Assembly: GCA_964035545.1 (NCBI GenBank)
Contig: OZ037765.1
Span: 27,279,504 to 27,343,503, forward strand
Direction: 5' to 3'
DNA: 64,000 bases
Origin: Bugula neritina
Taxonomy: Eukaryota > Animalia > Bryozoa
Of this stretch, positions 39,560 to 52,643 are shown one piece after another. A model generated the notes under the pieces. The model saw only the letters and a list, made by a program, of their open reading frames with translations. It did not search any database and was not told the DNA's origin. How positions within the stretch are numbered: position 1 is the stretch's first letter; every line of letters begins with the position of its first letter. The translations under genes and the position numbers were made by a program.

Positions 39560-42500
39560 CCTATCAATAGATTAGCCATTGTAACCATAACATTAAGGTG
39601 CCAGAAAATCCAGTAACAGCAGATAATGCCCATTATTCCACGATGAAACATTATTATGAAACGAGCATAGGTCGAAACTGGAGTTGGAAGATTTTGCTAT
39701 AACATAACTGGAAATGATGAAAGTGTGGCCTTTTATGATTAAAAAAAGTAAAATATAATATATCCTGTAATTGATATTTAAGAAATATCAAAAACTCATT
39801 TTATATTTGAGATAAATAGTTCAGTTAGTGAAACCATATAGTAACTTCAATAATATTAAACGATCAGTATATCTCAGCAATATACTAACAGTAATCCAGA
39901 TAAACTGATACAAAGCTAGTTTCACACAGAGTTCATGGTAGTTTTATTGCAAATCTGTCTCCAATATGGATCAACATCTAGTAAAGATTATCATCTTAAA
40001 TGGATAAATCCTGATTTCAAGTACAAGAGTATGCAATCAGACTACCTTAACAAACCTCACTTCCTAACACTGTGGGCTTAATTGCCTCTAGTTGCTAATT
40101 AAAAACAGTTACAAAAATAACAAATCAAATTCTCTAATTAATGACATTTAATCAAACAGCACCATTCCATGAGAATAGGCTGAAAACCTAGAAAGATACA
40201 TGCATGCAGTTACAGAGGTCGCAGCAAAAACTCCATGCATTTTGTATAGAAATGGTACATTGTATAATACACATTATATAGACAACAGCTTCTTCCATGA
40301 ATTCTGTATACTATCTTAAATATTGATCAAGTTAATACATTAAGACTAGGATTACTCTACACTTCAGTGTACCAACCCACGAGATCTACATAACCAGCCA
40401 TCTATAACTTACAATATAAATCCATGTTGCAGATCAATATAAATTAAGGCTTCGGTCTGGCAAGGCAAACCATTAAAGTCTAATATGCAATTTAAAAGCA
40501 ATTCTGTTGATTGATGAGTTACTTTTCAAATATTTTTCAACAATTAACATAAATATGGCAGAAGAAACTTTATTTTATATTAAGTAAAATACTTTATTAT
40601 TCCTTTCCAGTCTACTAGCACTAGGCTGCAGAAAAGCTAAGTTGATAAATTTCAAAGCAACAAGTTATTTGCAACAACCCTCGAGCTGATTAATAGCATG
40701 CTAAGATAATTAACATGACAAAAATATCAACAGCTAATGAAATCTTAATCACACATAGGAAAAGTTCTTAGCAAGTGAATTAAGAATTAAGATAGAAATA
40801 CAATCAAAATTTTTAACAATCTCAGATGAGTAATGAACATCAAATATATTTTTCCCCATTTTCAAACTTGAGCCAATCAAATAGCTACAAATTATTTGTG
40901 AAGGTAAACAAAAAGAAAAGCTATCAGTATAGGCAATGATGTGGATGGTGAGAAGTTATATAAAAAGTTTTAAGTCAGCGAGTTAAAATATCGGTTTTCT
41001 CAATTATATAAATAGAGAGTCACTTTAAGAGTATTATGTACAGTCACAAGGTATCTGCAAGGGGCCCTAAAATTAGAATTCATATAACTAATGTATTGCA
41101 CTGCAAATTAGCCGGCTGATTTAATGGATGTCTACGACTTACCTTGCTACAATTCAGCATTCCATTAGATATTGACAGTACGGATTAACTTTCATATTCT
41201 ACTCATTGTATGTTGATAAGTCCAGCTCTTATCTCAGACTTGCATTATATACTCTTGTATAATATGCACTAACGAATGCGGACTCTTCTAAGAACATAAC
41301 ATTAGTATTAATTTAAGTATATGTTGGCCACTATGAATAAATGCTGGAGCTACCAGCAAAACCCTCCGTATTGATAGGCTCATAACAAAGCTTGAGCTAC
41401 TCTAATCTATACAATAACGTTAATTAGGATGAAGGTCATTAAAAGTTTAAAACTGCTGCGGAGTCATTTTTAAAATGCTCTTAAGCGTAGACACCTGTTC
41501 AAGCAGTTTTGTAAAACAACTTAAACAAAACCAGCAAACCTGTAGTTAATTATAAAAATTGGCAGCAAGAAATGCTAAGTTTTACTATTTTTAGGAAAGT
41601 AAACATTGCTACAAAAGTTTAGCATAAGTCAATGCATAGAGAGCTCATTTTAGCATATTTTCTCAAAGTAGCAGTAACAAAATTTGACTATTTTTTTCTA
41701 TATAGCTACCATAGCAGAAAAAAAACCAGCATCCTAACTTTTTCATTTTCATATCTGTAATTCAAAAGTTTTAGTATACGTGGAATTGCAGGAAAAAGGA
41801 GAGTCTTGATTTTAAAAACAAACTTTCTAAATTTAAAAGTTGTAGGTTACAAAACAAGACCTTAAAGTTTAAACATTTCAGGCTTCTTCCACGTATTTCC
41901 ATCTATAAGGCACCATCACCATGAAATTAGTTAGCAAGCTATACACTAATGCTAGATAAAGACACAACTGATACATTATTATAAATGGTTAGATTAATAC
42001 TATGAGAATGTAGACCATCTATGCCTATCTGATTGATGTGAAACTGAAATTACTCTATTTCATTTTCATATCTATCACAGTTTTATTTGCATTATTTTGA
42101 CTTTGAATGCATGACTACAATTTTAAAGATGATTGTTATAATCAATCTTAGTTTTACACTCATGTGTTTTTTCTCACCCTTCTCCGCCATTTCCTCATGT
42201 ATATAACTACAATATTCTTCATAACACATCTTAATTTTAGGAAAAAGAGCAGATCAGTAAGGTCTACTGACTATTGGTAATTACTAGTAAAACTATAATT
42301 AATATCGGATTTAGTAGATAGCAAGATACTCTTCATTTCTCAGTTTCAACTATTTTAAATATTTCAACTTAAATTTGAACACCAAAGGTTAAGGTAACTT
42401 AACAGTAACAATAAACTTAACTTAAAACTATAATAATTACGAAGTCCAATATGATGCAACTGCAATTTTTACTAAAATCGAACATAATTTAAATTATAAC

Positions 42501-43167
42501 ACATAATGATAAGTTTAAATAACAAAACAGATATTTATAAAAACTATAACTACATACCAGAATCACTCTAGAGATAGTGCTAGGCATAAACATATAACAT
42601 CAACTATGAGTAAAACTATAACATTAGGTAGTAAGCACTATAAATATAAACATTCAAAACAAGCACAACTTAACCTAAACTGTAACACTAATTATATGAG
42701 TATGACTAACACTGCAACAGTAACACTAACCCAGTAACTGTAAGTAATGAATTTATATAATAAAAAAACTCAAAGCACAACTACTATTGCAGTTGCTACT
42801 ACTAGTAGTAGTACTAGTACTATTACTATCACTATGCCGCTAATAAATATAGTTGAGATAGTGGTGGGAGTAGCAGTGTACTACTACTGCTGCTACTACT
42901 ACTAGTAGTAGTAGCAGCAACTATGCTGCGCCTGCAGCACTACTCCACTGCACTAGTAGTAGTTAAACTCAAAGTGAAAGTGAATGAAGTTCAATTTTAA
43001 ATTGACACACCTACGGCTAGGCCTAGTCCTGCAGTAATACTAATATGAAATTAAATTAGAATAGTATAAATAATAATATTGCTACTAAGTACTGTGACCA
43101 TCAGTATGAGTAGCACTATCACCACCAGTATCGTTGTATAAACGCCAGCATGAAGAAAAAAACTCAC

Positions 43168-43866
43168 AGTAAGTGCAACAATTATTACTACTACTAGCAA
43201 GCGTGAACTTGAAATTTATACAACTTCAAAGCCCTTTAGGCCATTAGCATTGGTCACATAAAAGAATAACAATCATTTAATGACTCAATCAATGTGTATA
43301 GAAGTGTTCACTTTCACTTTACTGTACAACAATAAAAAGGCGTGCGTTTAAAGTGAAAGCTATTTTGCATAAACGACTACTGTAAATTATGGACCGTTGT
43401 GATTATTTCGACAGCAAGCATAAAAATACTTTTCTATAGCCTACTCCTGTCTATATACGTGGTGAGAATAACTTCTAGTACAAATAATATTGTTTATATC
43501 ACTGAACTAGAAAATTGCTGCAACAGATGCGAGATTTATCTGCTCATGTAAAATCACGCGCTTATTTACTACCCAGTTTAATCATAACGATAATGTAAAA
43601 CTATTCTATAAGCAGCTCCCAGTTGGGGGTGATTAAATGCAACAGTTTAAGGTTCTTTAGTTTGGAGTTTGGGGGTTAGGTTAGAAATTTGAACCTCCAA
43701 CTGCAATCTAGAGAGCTTTAAACTACAGCGTTCAGTCCCCACCGACTTGGAGCTGCTTATAGAGTGATTCGATACTCATAATGTATTGTACTCATCCCCC
43801 AAAGTCCAAGTTTAGGTTTTACGTTATTGTCAATTTTGCCCTTAAATTAACCAAATCTTAATAACT
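43168..43866. promoter_or_regulatory. Putative bidirectional promoter region between the PTP (-) and mucolipin (+) genes
   Basis: Outward-facing candidate 5'-UTR splice donors (minus-strand GTGAGT at 43162-43167, plus-strand GTAAGT at 43867). Both first coding exons are preceded by acceptors (39561-39562 and 45151-45152). Local CpG enrichment. Confidence 0.5.
43605..43763. mobile_element. Diverged foldback (MITE-like) element, arms of about 70 bp
   Basis: TCTATAAGCAGCTCC at the left end and GGAGCTGCTTATAGA at the right end, with complementarity continuing inward with mismatches. Confidence 0.6.
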
Positions 43867-43944
43867 GTAAGTAATTTTTATTTAATATTAATCTGCACCT
43901 TCTAATTTTAGTTGCACTCTAAAATTTTAATTAAAATACTCAAA

Positions 43945-44410
43945 TATTATTAGTATTACTATTACTATTAGTATTAGTATTACTATTAGTATTAGTATTA
44001 GTATTACTTATACTATAACTATTACTATTACTATTAGTATTACTGTATTAGTATTACTATTACTATTAGTATTACTGTTAGTATTAGTATTACTATTAGT
44101 ATTACTATTAGTATTAGATTTAGTGTATCACTTATTAATATTACTTATTAGTTATTAGTTATTAATATCACTATTAGTGTATTACTATTACTATTAGTAT
44201 TAGTATTAGTATTAGATTTAGTGATACTGATCTGAGTGATAGTATTACTATTACTAGTAGTAATACTGTAGTAGTAATACTAATAATAATAATTATAGAG
44301 TTATACTTATGCTAATAGTAATAGTAATGCTAATACTAGTAATAGTAATACTAATAGTAATTATAATAAAAATACTAATATTATATATTACTATAGTATT
44401 AGTAATACAA
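43945..44410. repeat. Low-complexity (TAT/TAG/TAC)n then (TAA/TAG)n tract in the putative mucolipin 5'-UTR intron
   Basis: Directly visible degenerate trinucleotide tract that switches strand polarity near 44250. Confidence 0.85.
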
Positions 44411-45162
44411 AGTCTAATGGTTCAAGTCGAAGTTGTTATAATAATTACAATCACAATGTGAATAATTTAAATTATAATAATAGTTATTATAATATTAATC
44501 GGTTTTATCTATAAAGTTAAACCGTTAGCCTTAGGCTTAGCATAGTGATACTAATACTCATACTGCATGTTCATATTGGATTCAATACAGCAACCACAGC
44601 AGAATCTCATACTGCGCTCTTACCACAGACAGGCTGAGCAGGCTTGTTAGATGTTTTGAATTCACTGTAAATTATTTTTAAATATATCTTTACTGCCTAC
44701 AGGTACATACATGTAGCCCACCAATAAAAATGTAGCACAGCGCTTCTAGTCAACAGGGTGATTTAGAGTACTTAATTTAGTGTGAAGAAAAATTTGACAG
44801 GCATTGACAGATGCTCATGTAGATACTAATAGTAATGGTAATACTGATACTTATGAGCCATGGCCCATATTGATGATGATAATGATAATATTAATGAGAA
44901 GGCTAAGGCCTATGGGCATGGCCCATGGTTATACTCATAGTGATAGAGCTAGGCTTAAAATATAATAACGGTTGTTGAAATTTTGTTATTAATTAACTAA
45001 TTATTAATAAAAGTTTAAATCTAACAAAGTGTATCAATAAATTTTTATCGAATATGAATTTGCATTGCTTTTTAAATATAGAACACTACTTAGAGGGGTT
45101 ACTAGTAGCAAGTGGTCTTTTATTAAATATGATTTATCATTTATATTTGTAGAAATTGGATT

Positions 45163-48100
45163 ATGGTTGAGGAAGATATGCGATCGGTGAATTCTCAATC
45201 TACAGAGCATTTAGTTTACAGTATGACTCCCAGGGAAGATACACCATATACTCTCTATGAAGTTGATAAGTTGAAGCGTCATCTAAAATTTCATTTTATG
45301 ACCCCCTGTCAAAAGTTCAAAGCCAGAAAGCGTAAACCATGGAAGCTTATTGTACAGATACTAAAAATAGTTATTGTAACAACTCAAGTAAGGACTTACA
45401 ACACTGATGATGAATTTGTTAGATATATGCTCAAGTTTTTAGAAATAATCTGGTTGTGTGTAGAATATAATGAGATTACTAGACATCAAGTAGTCTGCCA
45501 ATAGTTTAGTCAAAACAATTTTTAGATATTATTAGTTTTGGCAAAATGGTTGTGGTTAATTATCTTTTTTTAAGTTTAGAATGAAAAAAGAAGTTGTATA
45601 AGTTTATGTCTTAGGAACTTCTGCCAACCATGATGGTTGTTTTAAAGTTTTAGCTTTGTGTTGCAGGTTTTTGTTTTTGGAATGCAGCGTGGAAACTTTG
45701 TAGACTTTGAACAAAAGACGAGACTTTCTTTGCAACATCTGTTGTTTAAAGGTTGGGAACCGGCGTACGAAACCATGCCATACCCTGCGGCTATAGGTAG
45801 CTACGCTTTGTACAAAACCACAGAAATCGTAGACCACCTGAACTACGCAATGACCAATGTGAGTTATTTGAAGTGATTGACAGTGAGATTCTCCTAATAA
45901 GTTACAAGCTCTGTTGAATGCACAAATGATGCTCAACTATTTATTGATGTAATAAAATATTGATTGCAGTTCAATTTAACCGAGAAATTAGCTGTTGGAG
46001 CCTATGGATTCACTGAGGATCAAGCTGGTTTGAGATCAAAGACTGCCACTCTTACCTTGGTCAAGTTCCAAGTTGGTGAAATTTTTCCCAACAACGTAAC
46101 ATATAATCTGAATCCAAATCTTGACAAAGGTATTGGGAGTATTTTGCTTCTTTTATAGGTACATTACAATATTCAAATTTAATGCATGTATGTGATTTGT
46201 TTATATTTAGCATGCAAGATAATTCTTTTAAAATGCTGTGTGTTTTCTTAGTGCAGTAGAGCTTGAATCACCGAGGCTGTTGGAATGAATACAATTTCCA
46301 AATTTACTATTTACCGAATTGAAATATTCACTCTGCAGCTGTCATTTGTTGAAATATTTTTGATCAAAAAGAACTAACCGATGCTTGTGAAGCATTTAGA
46401 AGATTTATTATGTCTACATATGACGTGTTTACATGCAAAGTACAAAAAATTAAATTAAATTCTCAAATGTTTATTTGAAGCAAATCAGCTACTATTTGTA
46501 AACTTCAATGAATAGATTGTGCCCTTTCAAGCAGAGCTGTTTATATTTATTCTCATCTTAGCATTAACACCTATGACTCATCTTTTTAAAACTTGTTATA
46601 TGACTTCCAATAGTAAGCAAAATTGTTGTCCGAGGCATTGATTTTAAGTATTAGAAATATTTTATTTGCTGTATGCAATGGTTGACTAACGTTATTGCAT
46701 CATATTATATTACTATTTTATTATAGACAGAGATTTGGTATACCAAAAACATATACATTTAAAATAGTTTTCTAAATTCTAAAGATATGCAATAGGTATG
46801 TTTATAGTAATATTGCCCACTACTATCAACAATCACTAATGTTTTAGTGTCCTTAACTTTCAATGCAACAAAGCTTGAAAATGGCACTGAAGTGTATGAT
46901 TTCCAACAAGTTTTGCGCAATAATGGCCAAGAATTATCCGTGAACAAGTTACACAGTATGGTACTCAATTTTAGTCTGTATGGAATACATCTCAAACAAG
47001 GAACTAACAAAGTTAATGTTGAACCCGATTGTTTGTTGATAAAAGGAAAGGTTAGTTACTTCTTTTTGCCACTAATTAACAAATGGATTTAAGCACGCTT
47101 GCTTATTAGCATCAATTGTTGACTAAGTAGATAAATGGTTGAATCTCACGTTTTCTCAGACTAATAAATTCTGAAAAATTACTGCAGCTACAAAAAATAA
47201 ATGTATTGATTTTTCTACTTGTAATTAAAAGAGTCACATGATGGTAGCTAAATATTTTATCTTTGTAGATTAAATATGATAACAGCAAACACAATGGCCA
47301 AATGACGGTTTTTATGGAGATAGAATTGGTTTCAAAAACTTGTAATGATGGCAGTATATTTGAAGAGGGTGGGTTGAAGAAAATATAGCAGAGTTTCACA
47401 AGTTTTATTTAAAATATGATGCAATGTAGCTGATGTGAACACTGCATTGCACTCTTAAGATTCGATTGTGTTCATTGTTTGTTAAATTTGTTAACTTGTA
47501 TTGCATTGTATAATCATGTTGACCATTTTTAGGATGTTATCCACTTTTGTAGCATGCCTTCTTTGATTATGTTAGTATTTCAGACTGGGTTAAAATCAGC
47601 TTGTGAATTATTTATCAGAGATGTTTAAATCAAAAAGCTTTTACCTAACTTTTGCTGTACTCATCTCACTTGCAACTTACAATGATAAGTACAAAGTTGC
47701 CGGATAAATATTCCAAAACAATATAATTATTCAAGATTAGAAATTATTGGATTTCCCTAGGTATGGCAACAGTTCCTTTGTATGATTCTTCATCCCATTA
47801 TTCAGCGTTTTTTTGTATGCGATGCAAATATTGTCTTTTTAGACTAAATATGATATAAAGTTTTATTTTGGAATAATTTTTAAAATACAAAACAGTACCA
47901 CACACATTTTTTTAAACTTTTATAGTTAAAATGATTCCGCCTGAACTGGTTTTTTTTTCAATAATTACAGCTTGATTGTACCATATGGAACTTTGCTGAT
48001 AAAATGGATTTACTGGAGATCTCTTTTTAGTGTATTTTACTGTAATCTGTTGCAGATACTGAACTGGAAACGTTAGCGCTTATACTCTTAGACTCATTTG

Positions 48101-51035
48101 TGGTAGTACTGTGCTTTTTGTCTTCTGTTACCTGTGCAAGATCAATGAAGAGATCTGTCATTTTATATCGTGTAAGTATTGCCCACTTTCTTCATCTAAA
48201 GTCAAGTTTTGTAAATTTCAATACTTTACTCTGAGTTTTTGCTATTGTAAATTTTTTATGAGAATTTTTTCATTGAAGTTACCTTAAATTTCTCACTCCT
48301 ATTCAAAATCTTCATTATGTAGGAGCTTTGTCTAATTAGAAGGCATGGTAATAGCAACTTACATCCTGTAGGCTAAAAGATCATTACTCTTGAAAATTAA
48401 AATATTTTATTTTTAAAAAGTCAAGCAACTATATTTTGAAGCTGTTGCTCATGCTATTGTTTTGATTTTCACACAATATTTCAAATTGTGATGTAAATAA
48501 ATGATTATTGTGATTTGTAGAAATCTCGTGTTTTCTTCAAAAAACATTATGGATATAAATGCACATGGGAAGATGTAATGGTGTTTGCCAACTTTTGGTA
48601 TGTGATGATTGTGATATCTGATATTCTGTGTGTGATTGGTACTGGACTGAAAGTAGCTATATCTCATCAAGTAAGTTCTAACCAAGTCCAGTTAGCAACT
48701 GGTTTTTATTATTAGCAGCAGTAATTTTCTCTAACAGTTTTCTGCATGATTAATAGCCTTCTGAACTCTGCTATAATTGAAACTTATGACCAACTTGGAC
48801 TCTGTATTATGTTTTATGTACAGCTTGATTAAAATTATGATTCATGTTTTCAGTATTCCAATGTTTGTTTTGTAGTGATTATATGGTTTACGGTGGAAAT
48901 ATGATTGGCAAGCATATCTACAATAATGTTAAAACAGTGTTTATGAATATTTTATAGGAGTATAAATATATGGAATACTCTGGCATGTTGCTAGGCATCG
49001 CTACTGTGCTTGTATGGATGGGTGTGATACGCTACTTCGAATATTTCGAGAGATATAATGTAAGTTCACCAAATGATTTAAAATTTTGTATGTGTCAACT
49101 TTCTATGTAACCTTATAGTGCAATGTAACTTCTATCACATTAGTCTGAGAATAACTCTACATATAATTTGTATATATGCATATCATGATACTGCCAAAGT
49201 CTCTATATGTATTTAACCGTCTGAAAAATCGTTCTTTGAAATTGTGTGTTGCTGCTTATTCTTCAAAAACTCGCAACACTTGGTATTTATTGTTATTGTG
49301 GTGAGCTCATAGAGAGCCTTGTGTGTGTTGATTTAGGTTTTGGTGTTGACCTGCAAGAAAGCCTTTCCAGATGTGATCAGGTTCATGATATGTGCTGCTA
49401 CTATTTATATAGCCTTCACTATATGTGGCTGGCTGGTGCTCGGACCGTACCACATCAAGGTAAAATAGTTTCTACTGTTTTACCTACAGACACACAAAAT
49501 TGCTGTATAATTCAAGTTGACTAAGTTGCTATGTTTGTGACTACTAAAATAGGCATGGCAGTGGTTTTATAAATGTTGAAAACAGTCTTCAGTCTCAAAG
49601 TACTTTTGCTTCATTTTTGAGCTCAGCAGTCTGTTTGTTGCTTCACAAAGGGAATTATTGTTCTTTCACGTCGATTCTTGAAACATGAAAATTGTGCTAT
49701 TTCAAATTCACCTTAAAAAAATGATTTGTAAAGCTAAAAATGAAAAACACTTATTTTTGTTTGCCAAAAGTTATAAAGATACATAGCTAAAGTTTAATAA
49801 ATTTAATAAAATTTAATACCAGCTTGTGAATGTACAAACTCATCTTTGGGCAACTTGTTTACCTCAGCTCAAAAGTTGCTTTTTTAAAATATATGTTTTC
49901 ACATCTCCAACTTGTGAGATATACCATTACCTTCATTGTATTTGTAGTTTCAGACTATATTTGCATCATCCGAGTGTTTGTTTTCGCTTGTAAACGGAGA
50001 TGACATGTTCGTGACCTTCAGCGTTATTGACGACAAAGCTCCAACTGCTATCTGGATATTCTCCAGAGTTTACCTCTACGTATTCATTAGTCTCTTTATT
50101 TACTTTGTACTGAATGTTTTCATCTCCGTCATTATTGACACCTATGAGGTTGTCAAGGTTAGTATTGCATAACATTAAAATTCTTTAATATTGCTAATCG
50201 ATGATAAAATCTTCTTACTGAATGTCCAAAAACAAAAGGAAACACAACTCCAATATATTGAATCTGCAAAAAGAATTTCTGAGAACTGTTATTGTAAATG
50301 AGTTTTGTGTAGTTCGATTCTAACACATGTACTGCAGTATTCCTTGTTTCTCTGTAGAATGCTGTAATCTTCAGTTTTGAAATTTCACACCTATCCGGTC
50401 GTAGTCCTGTACGGGTGACCGTTAATCTTCAGTTTTGAAAGGATTTTTTTAAATTCCATCACTTCTATTGTCGATTTATCAAGAATGGCGGATTTATGCT
50501 TAGGCTGCTCGCAGTGTTAACGTCGTGAAAAGAGATAAAATGAGTCATCTTCTGGTGAATGCGTCACCAAGTAGCAGCGTTGAATCCGTGCTGTAAAGTG
50601 TGAACAAAGTATTCTACTCTTGTAGCAACATTACGTTGAGGGGTCTCCAAAGACTGTTGTGGAGAATTTTATAGACAGCTGCCCGGATGACCCGTCTTCC
50701 CCTCTCTATATCAGCGACATGCACTCGGCTAGACGATGTTGCTCTTTTGCTGGTTGCTGGTTATTTTTCTGCCGTAGAAGGTATTTAGATTTAGCCCACA
50801 TGCTCTGTTAAGCTACAATTCTGTCTCTTTTTATGTATATTTTGAAATTTGAAATATTTTATGAAATTACAAAATTGCATTACAAGTTTGTTAACATTTT
50901 GTTTCTCTTTGATTATGAAGACATTTCAGTTTTTAAAGTGAAAAGCTTTTACACTGGTTAAGCTTTTGTTATTTAAACACTCGTCAATGCTATTTTAGAG
51001 AGTACACAGATGACTTGACAAATATCTTGGAGTAA
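45163..51035 (+). CDS. MCOLN: Mucolipin / TRPML cation channel, 12 coding exons, about 590 aa
   Basis: Exons 45163-45387, 45667-45858, 45970-46129, 46848-47050, 47269-47368, 48056-48171, 48521-48670, 48958-49059, 49337-49459, 49948-50157, 50626-50780, 50999-51035. Motifs: LKFHFMTPCQKFKARKRKPWKL, GWLVLGPYHIKF, SECLFSLVNGDDMF (selectivity filter), C-terminal Cys cluster and a DLTNIL dileucine-like motif. Confidence 0.95.
50365..50440. repeat. 18-bp direct repeat flanking a 40-bp GC-richer insert
   Basis: TAATCTTCAGTTTTGAAA at 50365-50382 and 50423-50440. Confidence 0.8.
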
Positions 51036-52643
51036 AACTGGAAATATGAGAGTCGCTCAAAACAGGGTTATAGTTTATAATATGTATATATACAATAATA
51101 ATATAATATAATTATATATATACAATAATAGTCTGCTTATGTTATGACACTGTTTAATAATTTTTGTTAATGCTGTAACTATTACTTTTAAATATTTCAG
51201 CATGCCAACTGTTAAACTATGCATCACTATCTTATATGTAATAATTTAATTTATAATTTATTATTAATTGTTTTTTTACGTTTTGTCAAAACATTTCATC
51301 ATAGTTATGATGTTGAGAGAATTTTGTATTTTATTTTATATTTAGCAGATAATTTGGTCGAGTTGTAGTGCACAAGCTCCGTCCAATTTGCTAAATTTCT
51401 AGTAATGTACGCACTGTGATGTTGACATTGATAAATTGAAATGGCCGATGCTTCTTGTTTTGTCAACCTCACAAGTGTAACAATTCTGTCTATGGAATGC
51501 TCAATCATTTTCATATGTATATCTCTGCGTTTGGCATTATTTTCATAAGATATACCTTAGCCATAAATTTTTCAGGACTTACCTTTGTGATATGCTTGCC
51601 AAAAGGATAACATTCAAAAGCATCTCTGTTGAATTTATCATTTGTTTACTTTTAAAATCGGTTTTTGCTGCAAGGTAACAATCATACACATGGCTGAAAA
51701 ATTCAATGCTTCCTGTATACAAATGTTCAAAGCCAGTACACCCTAGTATGTATAATTATCCGCAAGAGTTGTTTTTATATCTTATAATGTATTGAAAGTG
51801 TGGTTTAGTTTAATGTTTTACTCTAATATGAATTTGACAGGATACTAGTTGTCTGACAGGTAAACTTTTCATAATAATCAGTGGTAATGCTACATCAATA
51901 AATTGATTTAATTTTATATATTTTGAAGTTTTGGTCTTTAATTTCTTCTAATACACAACTTAGATATGTTGTGGATATAATATTTGCACATACTTGTAAC
52001 TTCATAGATTTGCATAAAGGTGGGCTCTGCATCATTTTTAGTGCAAAATGTGGCTTATATGCAAGTGGTTAAATGTTGGCATATAAAATTGAAATGTGCT
52101 TGTTCGAAGTTTAATAGTTTTGACATGCATCTTGCATTAATTAAAAGCTGGTGTTTAACATCTCAAGTGCTGGAAAGTCTCTGCTGAAATATGATGTGTG
52201 TATGTACTACATGACTACAGAATTTCATTTGTAGGTCTTCACGGCTGCACTAATTATTGTAAAAAATAATTGCTATTACCAACGACTGACAAAAACTCTG
52301 CATAATATAACCAATGATAATCGAGTATAGGCAAATAATATTTAGCAGACCTAGAACTGCTAGAAGGTGGCGTTGCCAATATATTATTATTTACACGGGC
52401 AGATAACTGGAGAAAATATCGGACATTGGCGAGCTATCAGCACACCTGGGTTGTATGTGGATCGACGCTTTACGAACTGGCAGGAATTACCAGTCTAAAA
52501 ACACGTGAAGTGCATTCCCGCGCATTCAAGATTCACGATCATAACAAACGAGAACTACTCTACCATTAGTAACATCACAAATTACAGTTTAAAGTGAAAG
52601 TCAAAACCTAGCACAAATATTCATATACAAATCAGTTTTCACA

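Noticed and set aside
46727-46737. Possible 11-nt mucolipin microexon (AG|ACAGAGATTTG|GT)
   Set aside because: Its phase is incompatible with the flanking exons, which already join in frame.
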